Shown: piece by piece, positions 8,401 through 16,980 of the stretch
Position numbering within the stretch: position 1 is the stretch's first letter
How the letters are laid out: the number at the start of each line of letters is the position of its first letter
From: a virus
Lineage: Duplodnaviria > Caudoviricetes
DNA: 27,942 nt
Strand: one strand, 5' to 3'
IMG/VR virus record: IMGVR_UViG_3300016667_000950
Location: 1 to 27,942 of that record
The notes under the pieces: generated by a model
The model's database searches: none
Seen by the model: only the letters and a program-made list of their open reading frames with translations
Told to the model about the DNA's origin: nothing
Made by a program: the position numbers and the translations under genes

Positions 8401-8520
8401 TTTTAGTACGCAGCACGCGACCCTAGAAATAGTAGCGAACTTCGCTGCGGCATTTTTAAGTTAACTAGTTAACTCAGTAAAGGAACATCCTTACAATATA
8501 AAGTATACAGCTTCAGATAC

Positions 8521-8540
8521 AAGCCGGCTTAAGCCGGCTT
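8521..8540. repeat. Perfect 20-bp palindrome made of two tandem 10-bp palindromes
   Basis: AAGCCGGCTT AAGCCGGCTT. Confidence 0.9.
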
Positions 8541-8613
8541 ACGGAAGCGTTCAGCATTCGTTCGATTCTGTCAAAGGCCTTTCTTTTGACTTCAGCCTTT
8601 TTCATGCATAACT

Positions 8614-10362
8614 TTATAATTCTTCTGTAAAGTTTAATGCTGATTGTATAATAATTGGATTAGTACCTGAAGTTAACTGCTTTACAAAAACAACTATCTT
8701 ATCTGATACAGTATTATCAATAGTAGATCCAAGATCAAGGAATTCGAATCCAGCTGGAAATGTAATTCCTTGATCTGAAGTACCGAACCCTTTAAGAAGT
8801 TCGACACCACCTGATACATAACCAGCTCCGGAGCTATATTCGAATTGTTTAGAACACTTACCAACGTTAGTAACTGTAGGTGGTGTTCCAGATAATACAG
8901 GATTTAATACTATACGCCAGAAAAACGCTGCAGGGTTAACGCTTGGTGAATAATTTAAATTAGCTTGATCAAATACTTGTAAGTTCGTTAATTGAAGATC
9001 ACCACGTTGGAAAGGTTGTTCATCTCTTAACCCAACACCTAATATAGGATATTCATTACGTGATGCTGTTGAAGGCCATGTTACACCTGTTAGTGTAGCC
9101 GCAGCACTGAAATTCGGATTACCAGCAACAGCTGCTTCTACTTCCATACTATGACCGTTGATTGTCATGGTTGGTAAATAACTCACCGTTGTGGTATTTG
9201 AAATTTCGTATCTTATAGGTAATACGGGTGCTGTTATTAACTGTGTACCTAATAGACCATCTAAAGTAAAGGTGTGGAATATTACTGGAGGTTTATTATA
9301 TGGATAAACAAAAAAGCGAATTCTATTTGTCCTATCTCCTAAGAAGTCAAATCCCCATGTTCTCTCAACATGTAGTGGTGTTTCCGAAAATATTGCATTA
9401 CCACTTGAAAATACGCCGGGGTCAGTTAGGTATGTAACTGTCATTGTATTAGATGTGAAGTTTGAAACTAATGCTGGACCATTATAGGTAGAGGGAGAAA
9501 CACCCGTCACTGTTAGTTTTGTGCCTTGTTTGAAAGTAGAAGATAAATTAGATGTCGTTGTGTAGGTAACATTATAAACAGAAGGTGAGTTCTGAATAGG
9601 TATAGTAGCTACACTGCTATATGTCCCGGTAGCAGTAATTGGTGATGTAAAAAGATTAATACCTGATGGGCCAGTACCATCAAGTTTATCATCTGTAAAG
9701 GTTGTACTATTAATACGCTCATTGACAACTGTACCATCAATTAACCGGCGTCGAACAACAATATTAAAAGATGTATCTTGAAGCTCAAAAAAGATACCAT
9801 TAAATTGTGAGAATAGACCTACGCGCTTTATTACACCAGTTTGAGCACCATCCCAGTTAAGTGTAGCTTGAAATATTTGACTTATACCAGGTTTAATTTT
9901 AAAGCGCTTCCTAGTACCACGTATCATAGAACCTGTCGAACTTAATCCAGGTGTCATCGCAATACTAGCTAAATTACTAATAAAAATACTCTGAGCGCTT
10001 AACCCATTCGCAACTTCAGTATATTTAACATCTGTATCTAACCCTACTGTAGGGGCAGACCAGTATGTATTTACAAGATGCGATGTTCTAATACGATTGG
10101 TAGCATCAACCTGTATACCATCCGCATGTTGTGTTATAGATGGGTTACTATCTGTATTGATATTTTCTGTCAAAACAGCATATTTAGGATACACATCTAC
10201 AGAGGAAATTGGTGCAGCAATTACTCCATTATATTGTTGCGCTGGATACTGCCATCTCGTTACAGATACGGGGGGATACTCAGAGCTGTTAACAATTTCA
10301 ACAAACTTACCATATTCAGCAGTTTGATAATTTGTAACAACTCGTGGGTCAGAACTACTCAT
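8614..10362 (-). CDS. Probable virion structural protein (beta-rich, Ser/Thr-rich)
   Basis: 582-aa ORF with TAAATA-N5-ATG upstream; same strand as the fibre gene. Confidence 0.7.
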   Translation of the reverse strand: MSSSDPRVVTNYQTAEYGKFVEIVNSSEYPPVSVTRWQYPAQQYNGVIAAPISSVDVYPKYAVLTENINTDSNPSITQHADGIQVDATNRIRTSHLVNTYWSAPTVGLDTDVKYTEVANGLSAQSIFISNLASIAMTPGLSSTGSMIRGTRKRFKIKPGISQIFQATLNWDGAQTGVIKRVGLFSQFNGIFFELQDTSFNIVVRRRLIDGTVVNERINSTTFTDDKLDGTGPSGINLFTSPITATGTYSSVATIPIQNSPSVYNVTYTTTSNLSSTFKQGTKLTVTGVSPSTYNGPALVSNFTSNTMTVTYLTDPGVFSSGNAIFSETPLHVERTWGFDFLGDRTNRIRFFVYPYNKPPVIFHTFTLDGLLGTQLITAPVLPIRYEISNTTTVSYLPTMTINGHSMEVEAAVAGNPNFSAAATLTGVTWPSTASRNEYPILGVGLRDEQPFQRGDLQLTNLQVFDQANLNYSPSVNPAAFFWRIVLNPVLSGTPPTVTNVGKCSKQFEYSSGAGYVSGGVELLKGFGTSDQGITFPAGFEFLDLGSTIDNTVSDKIVVFVKQLTSGTNPIIIQSALNFTEEL

Positions 10363-10423
10363 GGATATATTTATTCTGTTACGACTATTGAGTATTATAA
10401 GGAACTACATTATTATGTTTATA

Positions 10424-10591
10424 ATGAAGGAGTACTTAGTGGAGTATGTTGATGAGCAAACACAGTGTGTAATGGCGGTAAAAGTAATAGGTATCGATAA
10501 AACAGATGCGCGAGATAACTTCTTTAGGAACTTCCCTAATATTATGTTAATCGAGCGGATGACTTGGATTCCTTCAACTAAGCAGCAATAA
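10424..10591 (+). CDS. Hypothetical protein
   Basis: MKEYLVEYVD...; start placed 7 nt after GGAAC-N5-TATTAT (10401-10416). Confidence 0.7.
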   Translation: MKEYLVEYVDEQTQCVMAVKVIGIDKTDARDNFFRNFPNIMLIERMTWIPSTKQQ

Positions 10592-10596
10592 TAGCA

Positions 10597-11064
10597 ATGA
10601 ACGTACCTTCAATTGAAATCGCGACATCTATTAAGTATGGAAACTACAGGGAGTTGAAACTTCCTGCAATTATGATGGCAGAAACAATTAATAATAAATT
10701 CGAGTTAATTTGCGAGTTTATTAATCTACCGAAAAATTTACAAATTAAAATTCGACCGATTCGTAATCTTTTAGGACGTGCCTGGGGATATCAATCTAGT
10801 AATAATAGTCCTGGTCAGTATTTTGTTGAAATCAACGTACGTCAGACAATTGAAGAGTTTTACGATACTATTCTACATGAATTAGTTCATATCGAACAAT
10901 TCTTTGAAGGTAGATTGCAACTTGGAACTGTGAAGGATTCTTTTGTGTGGAATAAAAAGCAAGTCCCTCTACTACATACAACTGATCCGAGTTATGTGCT
11001 TCTACCTTGGGAGGTAGAAGCTAATAAGCGTGCTAAAACACTAACATCAGTTGTATTTAAATGA
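10597..11064 (+). CDS. HExxH zinc metallopeptidase-like (SprT-like) protein
   Basis: TILHELVHIEQ and Y...PWEVEA. Confidence 0.75.
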   Translation: MNVPSIEIATSIKYGNYRELKLPAIMMAETINNKFELICEFINLPKNLQIKIRPIRNLLGRAWGYQSSNNSPGQYFVEINVRQTIEEFYDTILHELVHIEQFFEGRLQLGTVKDSFVWNKKQVPLLHTTDPSYVLLPWEVEANKRAKTLTSVVFK

Positions 11065-11687
11065 TCAGAGTACTTTCAAATTCTGTACCAGGTGAACACT
11101 TTACAATGCTTGTATCAGGAGGTATTGATTCAATCGCTGCAGCTCACTGGATGAAGCATGCATACCGGCGAGAATTTACAATTCTTCATTTTAATCATAA
11201 CATCCAAGACGCTAATGATCATATGGAGAATGCTGTTAGCTCTTTCGCTGAGCAGTTTACTATTCCTATTAAGGTAATTCGATCACTTAATAAATTAAAA
11301 TCGTCAGAAGATAAATTAAGAGAATGGCGTTTAAATGAAATGAGTAATCTTACTGGTAATTTTGTAACCGGTCATCATTTAAATGATGCAGTTGAGAATT
11401 ATCTAGATAACTGCTTTAAAGGATGTCCTGAATATAAACCTATTCAAGAAGTGACACACTTTAAACAATTCTCTATTTATCATCCCTTCATTACTACTAC
11501 GAAAGAATCTTTCACACAATACGCTAAAAAACACAATTTAGATCAGTTTGTCGTAGTTGACCCAACAAACACTGACATTAAATACAAGCGCAATTGGATT
11601 CGTAATAACATTGCACAAGAAGTGTATAACCGTAATATTGGAATTGAAAAAATTGTAAAAAATAAATTTTATAATAACGTTAAATGA
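11061..11687 (+). CDS. tilS: tRNA(Ile)-lysidine synthetase-like PP-loop ATPase (catalytic domain only)
   Basis: VSGGIDS PP-loop, HFNH, TGHHLNDAVE, DPTN....KRNWIR. Confidence 0.85.
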   Translation: MIRVLSNSVPGEHFTMLVSGGIDSIAAAHWMKHAYRREFTILHFNHNIQDANDHMENAVSSFAEQFTIPIKVIRSLNKLKSSEDKLREWRLNEMSNLTGNFVTGHHLNDAVENYLDNCFKGCPEYKPIQEVTHFKQFSIYHPFITTTKESFTQYAKKHNLDQFVVVDPTNTDIKYKRNWIRNNIAQEVYNRNIGIEKIVKNKFYNNVK

Positions 11688-11947
11688 ATCTTCAGATTAA
11701 ATCCCGCTGTGGTAAGCTTCGAACCTTTTATAAAAGAGGAGAGAAGTTGTTTTTTAAATTGGAAGAAACTAAGAATGTTCGTCTACATTATGATGAATAT
11801 AACTGCATCCAAGCTATTGACGCAGCTGGAGGACCAATCATTGAAGTTAACATGTTTTTAAACGAAGTAAATTCAAATCTGCCACATGTAATGATTCTTG
11901 CAATTAAGTATGATGAAGTTGAAGAGGCTTTCTGGGTTGATATCTAA
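11684..11947 (+). CDS. Hypothetical protein
   Basis: 87-aa ORF with ATGA overlap to tilS. Confidence 0.7.
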   Translation: MNLQIKSRCGKLRTFYKRGEKLFFKLEETKNVRLHYDEYNCIQAIDAAGGPIIEVNMFLNEVNSNLPHVMILAIKYDEVEEAFWVDI

Positions 11948-11971
11948 AAGGAACTACGTTATCATATTCAT

Positions 11972-12133
11972 ATGAAGAAAGAAGAAGTTGGTAAGTTTAA
12001 TTATTCTCCTCTCACATTAAAGAAGTTAGTTCGTAAAATTGGATCTCGACCAACTACATTTTATAAAAACAAACTTAAGCATTCAAAAAAGCGGTACTGT
12101 CGCATTCCTGAAAATGAAGAAGATCTTGATTAA
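11972..12133 (+). CDS. Hypothetical basic protein (53 aa)
   Basis: MKKEEVGKFNYSPLTLKKLVRK...EEDLD*; ATG 6 nt after GGAAC-N5-TATCAT. Confidence 0.7.
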   Translation: MKKEEVGKFNYSPLTLKKLVRKIGSRPTTFYKNKLKHSKKRYCRIPENEEDLD

Positions 12134-12266
12134 CATGCTAATTATTACTACTCTCGATTCATGCATGTGTCGTGAGTCGTATTCATTTAATAAATATAAA
12201 GGAATTCATAATAGAGATTTTCCTTGCTATATTAATTCGTTCGAAGCTATTTCAAATCTATAATAT

Positions 12267-12512
12267 ATGTACTGCGGTTGTGGTAATTTAATTGAAGAAG
12301 GTCGACTAGAACTTGGTCTCAGGTCTTGTAAATTGTGTGCATTCAGTGGACCAGATGTTCCACGTCCAAAGGGTAGATTAGTTTATTCCCATAAAACAGC
12401 TGGTGAGATTGAAATTATGTCGGCAGCTGAGTGGCAAGAGAATAAAAAATATTTTATTCCAAACGGTGCCCGTAGTTGTATTAAAAACTTCTCAAAACAT
12501 ATTTGCAGTTAA
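12267..12512 (+). CDS. Zn-finger protein (DksA/TraR C4-like)
   Basis: CGCG.LIEEGRLE....CKLC. Confidence 0.65.
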   Translation: MYCGCGNLIEEGRLELGLRSCKLCAFSGPDVPRPKGRLVYSHKTAGEIEIMSAAEWQENKKYFIPNGARSCIKNFSKHICS

Positions 12513-12516
12513 CAAG

Positions 12517-12795
12517 ATGAAATACGAAATTGAAATCTCAGAAGGATGTACATCTTTTGGCACATTTATAAATGGTAGGGCCATGTTTGGAGAAGATGTC
12601 CATTCTTGTCTTACCGAAGAAGAACGAGGAGAATTTCTTGATTATTTATTGGCAGAATTTAAGAGACAATATTATCAATCATCTGTTAGCATCGAAGACT
12701 TAATTCGCTGTTTCCAATACGATCATTATGAGTATAATAAAAATTCGTGCGATCAGTGCGGGGACAGCACTTCATCAACAATTTGGAAACTTTAA
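12517..12795 (+). CDS. Hypothetical protein with C-terminal CxxC
   Basis: MKYEIEISEGC...CDQCGD; start moved to ATG 12517. Confidence 0.7.
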   Translation: MKYEIEISEGCTSFGTFINGRAMFGEDVHSCLTEEERGEFLDYLLAEFKRQYYQSSVSIEDLIRCFQYDHYEYNKNSCDQCGDSTSSTIWKL

Positions 12796-12797
12796 TT

Positions 12798-13166
12798 ATG
12801 GAATATTTTCTTTATAAATCAAAACAAAACCTTATTGATATTGGTGTTGAAGCATCGACTATCGAAGAAAATATCGCAGAAGCTCAAGAATCTGTAAAAG
12901 GATTTGGGTTGACATACGCAGTTCTCACTGAAGAACAGGCACATAAACTTATTCCCGAAGGTTGCTACTGTTATGGTAGCGATGAGAATGGTAAGTTTCA
13001 TTGCTGCCCTTTCTGGGATAAATTTGTCGAAATGCCGAAACAGTCAAATGGATTTTGTCATTACATGAAGCAGGGAGATTTTGCTGGATTAGATGGCGGC
13101 TTGCTTTGGGATCAAATTAAAAGTTGCGGAGTAAAAGAGTATCAAAGTGATTATATGGAACTCTGA
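12798..13166 (+). CDS. Cys-rich hypothetical phage protein
   Basis: IPEGCYCY, CPFW, GFCHY, LLWDQIKSCG. Confidence 0.7.
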   Translation: MEYFLYKSKQNLIDIGVEASTIEENIAEAQESVKGFGLTYAVLTEEQAHKLIPEGCYCYGSDENGKFHCCPFWDKFVEMPKQSNGFCHYMKQGDFAGLDGGLLWDQIKSCGVKEYQSDYMEL

Positions 13167-13522
13167 TATAATATAAACATATGAAATTGTTAAAAAGGTA
13201 ATCAAATTTTTACTTTCGAATGAATCTAAAAAATGTGAATACTGATATGAGCGAAGAAACACTCCTTGAACTACTCAATGAGGCATATGTCTTCATGGGT
13301 ATGCCACATAAATCACTTAATCCATGGCGTGAAGCTCTTGATGATTGGAAGAATCGTGTAGAGGAAATAACTAAATGGAACCACTTTGAGGAAGTTGAAA
13401 AGCATAGAAAAAAATAATGAAACTAGAAATAGATATTTGGTTTAGTGCAGATGGTCTTTTTTTGTGAAACAAAAGAGTATCAAAGTGATTATATGGAACT
13501 CTAATATAATAAACATATGAAA
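13133..13522 (+). repeat. ~52-54 bp direct repeat pair (13133-13186 and 13471-13522) containing the GGAAC promoter
   Basis: AAAAGAGTATCAAAGTGATTATATGGAACTCT(G/A)ATATAAT(AT)AAACATATGAAA in both copies. Confidence 0.9.
13220..13417 (+). CDS. Hypothetical protein
   Basis: 65-aa ORF between the direct repeats. Confidence 0.65.
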   Translation: MNLKNVNTDMSEETLLELLNEAYVFMGMPHKSLNPWREALDDWKNRVEEITKWNHFEEVEKHRKK

Positions 13523-13621
13523 AGTGAAGATCGTTTCTTTTATGAATGTATTGTTGTAATTTGTTTGAGTGTTTGTGCTATTGCATGTTTTATTGGTGTA
13601 GTTGCAAAGCTCTTTCAATAG
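13517..13621 (+). CDS. Small single-TM protein (34 aa)
   Basis: MKSEDRFFYECIVVICLSVCAIACFIGVVAKLFQ*; ATG 6 nt after the TATAAT. Confidence 0.55.
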   Translation: MKSEDRFFYECIVVICLSVCAIACFIGVVAKLFQ

Positions 13622-13637
13622 GATAATATATACATAT

Positions 13638-13883
13638 ATGGCGACTGGTAACGTAGCAAGAAACGACATCACTGGACAATTTATTAAGTCTAAACCACCA
13701 ACTGCGGCTTGGACTAGTAATTACGATAAAGCATTCGCTAAAAAGACAGTTGATGAGTGGCTGAAAGGTGAACCAGATATTGATTCAGTTATTTGGGATA
13801 ATGAGGATAACCTAGATGCAAAAATTTCTTATAAAGACTTTCTGATGCGTATAGGTAATTCAACTATTCAAAAATCTAATTAA
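13638..13883 (+). CDS. Hypothetical phage protein
   Basis: ARNDITGQFIKSK...NYDKAF motif; start moved to ATG 13638. Confidence 0.7.
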   Translation: MATGNVARNDITGQFIKSKPPTAAWTSNYDKAFAKKTVDEWLKGEPDIDSVIWDNEDNLDAKISYKDFLMRIGNSTIQKSN

Positions 13884-13889
13884 TATAAT

Positions 13890-14576
13890 ATGAACTTCTC
13901 CTTTGATCAAATTCTAATTGTTGGTGATACACATGCGCAGTATTCTCGTCTCTTTGAAGAGCTAGATAGGTTCTCTCTTACCAATACCCTACTTATTCAC
14001 GTTGGAGATGGAGGTGAAGGGTTTCTTCCTCATAAAAAGCAATTGCGTCAGTTTGAGCTTTTGAATAACTCATTCAAAAAGCGAGGTGTTGAATACTGGT
14101 CTATCAGAGGTAATCATTCCGATCCCGCATACTTTGATGGTTCTGTTAATCTGAGTAATTTTAAATTATTGCCAGATTATCATACAGCGATTATCAATAA
14201 TCAGAAATTTCAATTTGTAGGAGGAGCCATCTCCATTGATAGAATCTGGAGAAAGGAAGGTGTATCTTATTGGAAAGACGAGCCTTTTGTTTTTGATGAA
14301 ACTAAAGCCGAAAAGTGTGATGTTCTAATTACTCACTCCTCCCCAACATGGAACGGTCCAATTGAGAAAAGTGTTTTTATTGAACGGCGAAAGCTTGAAG
14401 ATGTAGAGCTCTCTAAAGATATGTTTAATGAGAGGAACGATCATGATAAGTTGATCGCAGCGTGTAGTCCGAAGAAACATTACTGTGGACATTTTCACAA
14501 ATCATATTATTCTGAGTATGCGGGCTGCATCAGTAAGATTCTAGCCGAATTAGAAATTATTGAATATATTAATTAA
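13890..14576 (+). CDS. Calcineurin-like metallophosphoesterase
   Basis: GDTH, HVGD, RGNH, LITH, CGHFH. Confidence 0.9.
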   Translation: MNFSFDQILIVGDTHAQYSRLFEELDRFSLTNTLLIHVGDGGEGFLPHKKQLRQFELLNNSFKKRGVEYWSIRGNHSDPAYFDGSVNLSNFKLLPDYHTAIINNQKFQFVGGAISIDRIWRKEGVSYWKDEPFVFDETKAEKCDVLITHSSPTWNGPIEKSVFIERRKLEDVELSKDMFNERNDHDKLIAACSPKKHYCGHFHKSYYSEYAGCISKILAELEIIEYIN

Positions 14577-14578
14577 AA

Positions 14579-14881
14579 ATGAGAACTATTTATTTGCATG
14601 ATCATGGAGAAGTTTCCTTAACAGAGGCTTTGTTGATTTTAACAGATGATTATATCGAAGATGGTAATATGACCCATCAAACAGATATTGATCTTCGAGA
14701 AGTAATTAAAGAGTTTGTCAATACTAATAATAAATTAAAGAAACTTATTAAGAGCTACGAAAAGAAAAACAGTAATCTTCTTTTGGAAGAAGATTCTTCT
14801 CCTGATTTCGCTGTAGACTTCATTAAGCATGAACGGAAAATTCTTTCAAATATTATTGACGATTTGAAGGAATTAATTTGA
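14579..14881 (+). CDS. Hypothetical protein
   Basis: 100-aa ORF in operon spacing. Confidence 0.65.
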   Translation: MRTIYLHDHGEVSLTEALLILTDDYIEDGNMTHQTDIDLREVIKEFVNTNNKLKKLIKSYEKKNSNLLLEEDSSPDFAVDFIKHERKILSNIIDDLKELI

Positions 14882-14910
14882 TTGTGCGCTAGAATTTATC
14901 TCTTTTGAAA

Positions 14911-15339
14911 ATGTATCACTTATTCTTAGACGATCAACGCGATCCAGAAAATGCATACATATACCCAGTTAAAAAGAATAAAGAAGGAATTATTATTGAT
15001 GGAATGACTCTTGAAGAGGCGTCCAATATTCCTAATAGTGAATGGGTTATTGTTCGCACATATACTGAGTTTGTAAATTACATTCGAGATTATGGTGTTC
15101 CAAGCGTAATATCTTTTGACCATGATCTTGACATTGAGCATATTATGTATTATTATGCACATACGCAAGATACTGGCATTATTGAGTATGGCAATTTCAA
15201 AGTTAAAACTGGCTATCACTGCGCTCAATTTCTAGTTGAGCACTGTCAACACAATCATCTTAAATTGCCAAAATATTTTATTCACAGTGCCAATAGATAT
15301 GGCACTGTGAATATCAAAAAAGTTCTAGAAACATTATGA
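14911..15339 (+). CDS. Cyclic-phosphate-processing Receiver-like domain protein
   Basis: LFLDDQRDP, WVIVRTY.EF, ISFDHDL, KTGYHCA, HSANRYG..NI. Confidence 0.75.
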   Translation: MYHLFLDDQRDPENAYIYPVKKNKEGIIIDGMTLEEASNIPNSEWVIVRTYTEFVNYIRDYGVPSVISFDHDLDIEHIMYYYAHTQDTGIIEYGNFKVKTGYHCAQFLVEHCQHNHLKLPKYFIHSANRYGTVNIKKVLETL

Positions 15340-15341
15340 TC

Positions 15342-15452
15342 ATGAAATATGAAGTAATCATCGCAAAATCTTTAGAATAACTCGTTTCTTTGGTTAATCA
15401 AAAAATTCAAGAAAAGTGGATGCCAATTGGTGGCATTGCTATTGATAAACCA
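15342..15452 (+). pseudogene. DUF1737-like remnant with in-frame TAA
   Basis: MKYEVIIAKSLE*LVSLVNQKIQEKWMPIGGIAI; TAA at 15378-15380; in frame with the downstream ORF. Confidence 0.6.
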
Positions 15453-15644
15453 ATGACAAATAAAGAATGTATGTTAGAAAATCTAGAACTTATCCGAGAA
15501 GAACTTAAATGGCTTCATGATTATAATTCTTTCGATTATGATACGATGCTAGAAAAGGATCGCAAACTTTTTCATGATACAACTCTTAAAGAGCTTGACA
15601 GAATCATTGGACTAGTACAGAATCTGGTCGACGAAGAACAATAA
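15453..15644 (+). CDS. Hypothetical helical protein
   Basis: MTNKECMLENLELIREEL..., the 3' part of track ORF 15390..15644. Confidence 0.6.
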   Translation: MTNKECMLENLELIREELKWLHDYNSFDYDTMLEKDRKLFHDTTLKELDRIIGLVQNLVDEEQ

Positions 15645-15696
15645 TGTAATTATTGTGATTACTAATATCGCTATTAACTTGGCTCGTTGAAAATAT

Positions 15697-15915
15697 ATGA
15701 ATATCCAGCTCTCTCCTCAGAAACTACGTCGAATTATTCCCGGTCAGACTATTTATAGGAAATGTCCCTGTTGCGATAAGAATGGGTGCGAATATTGGAA
15801 CGGTGAAGGAAATGATGCATCGCCTTTTCCAAAGGAAGTGTGAGGCGATAATTATACATCGAGCGAGTGTGAAAACTGTGATGGAGTAGGATATGTTGTT
15901 GCTTATGAAAAATAA
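15697..15915 (+). pseudogene. Zn-finger ORF interrupted by in-frame TGA
   Basis: MNIQ...KCPCCDKNG...PKEV*GDNYTSSECENCDGVGYV...; TGA at 15841-15843 splits the two CxxC halves. Confidence 0.65.
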
Positions 15916-16095
15916 CTTTAAAATCGGTATCAATTGTTTCAACAGGATTTAGCTAGTTAAAAAGAACTAGCTAGTGATTATAACACTAAATACGAAAGTG
16001 CTTTAGTACGTAATCATGAAGCTTTTAATTATATTAACAAAATTGCAGCAATTTGTGATGAAGTATTAAAAACGCTCTAATCTTGTAAAATAGGC

Positions 16096-16123
16096 TTGAT
16101 TAAGCTTCAAGAGACTATATAAT
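16096..16123 (+). promoter_or_regulatory. Sigma70-type promoter, near-leaderless
   Basis: TTGATT-N16-TATAAT-N7-ATG before rlpA. Confidence 0.55.
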
Positions 16124-16130
16124 AGTTCAG

Positions 16131-16469
16131 ATGAAGAAGACGTTAGCATTACTATTAGGCTTATGTCTCAGCTGCTCTGCGGCTGAGACGGGTATTGCTT
16201 CTCATTATTCCACTAAAGATGGGCATAAGACTGCTAGTGGTCAAAAGTTAAGTAATACCAAACTAACTGCTGCTCACCGTACTCTCAAGTTCGGTACTAA
16301 AGTTAAAATTACAAATCTCAAAACAAGAAAATCCATAGTTGTTATAATTAATGATCGTGGACCTTTTAAGAAGAACCGCATTATTGATGTTACACCTGCT
16401 GCAGCAAAAGCTCTTGGATTCTTTAAGAGCGGCCTTGCAAAGGTAACTGTAGAAATTATCAAAAAATAG
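16131..16469 (+). CDS. rlpA: RlpA-like DPBB lytic transglycosylase, exported
   Basis: Signal peptide, GIASHY, TASG, LTAAHRTL.FGT, INDRGPF...RIID. Confidence 0.9.
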   Translation: MKKTLALLLGLCLSCSAAETGIASHYSTKDGHKTASGQKLSNTKLTAAHRTLKFGTKVKITNLKTRKSIVVIINDRGPFKKNRIIDVTPAAAKALGFFKSGLAKVTVEIIKK

Positions 16470-16494
16470 ATATATAACTCCACTCCTCCCACAA

Positions 16495-16980
16495 ATGAAA
16501 CTAAAAACAACCCTACTGAGCCTATTAACCGTAGGTACAATGAATGCAGCTACTCTAGCTAGTATGCAAGTATCTGATAAAATTACCTCAACTGTTTATC
16601 AATTAGAAGATGGTACTTATCATTACGAGTATACTATGACTACGCAGCCGATTGACGGTAAACATGATCTATCTAATGTAGTAATCGAGATATGTGACCT
16701 GACCACTATTAGTAATTGGTATGCAGATGATACAAATAATATATCTTTCACAACCGATGGTTATCTAAAATTTGATAACATTCATCCAAAAGATAATACG
16801 TTTGTGTTTGGATTCTACTCACCACATGAGTATGAACCAAGCACAGTCACGATGAAAGCATCTAACGAAACATATACAGATACAATTTTAGCACCTAACT
16901 GTGTACCTGTACCTGAGCCGAGTTCACTATCTTTAATGTCAGCTCTCGGGACTTCACTACTCTGTCGTAGACGTCGATGA
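16495..16980 (+). CDS. PEP-CTERM sorting-signal surface protein
   Basis: N-terminal signal peptide; C-terminus VPEPSSLSLMSALGTSLLCRRRR. Confidence 0.9.
   Translation: MKLKTTLLSLLTVGTMNAATLASMQVSDKITSTVYQLEDGTYHYEYTMTTQPIDGKHDLSNVVIEICDLTTISNWYADDTNNISFTTDGYLKFDNIHPKDNTFVFGFYSPHEYEPSTVTMKASNETYTDTILAPNCVPVPEPSSLSLMSALGTSLLCRRRR

Noticed and set aside
8423-8432. CTAGAAATAG resembles the sgRNA scaffold
   Set aside because: Only a short GAAA-tetraloop hairpin; no anti-repeat or Cas9 context.
10527-10542. Extra GGAAC copy (GGAAC TTCCC TAATAT)
   Set aside because: Lies inside a coding region with a weaker -10; not counted.
12039-12263. Track ORF 12039..12263
   Set aside because: TTG start; overlaps the better-supported 11972..12133 ORF that follows a GGAAC promoter.
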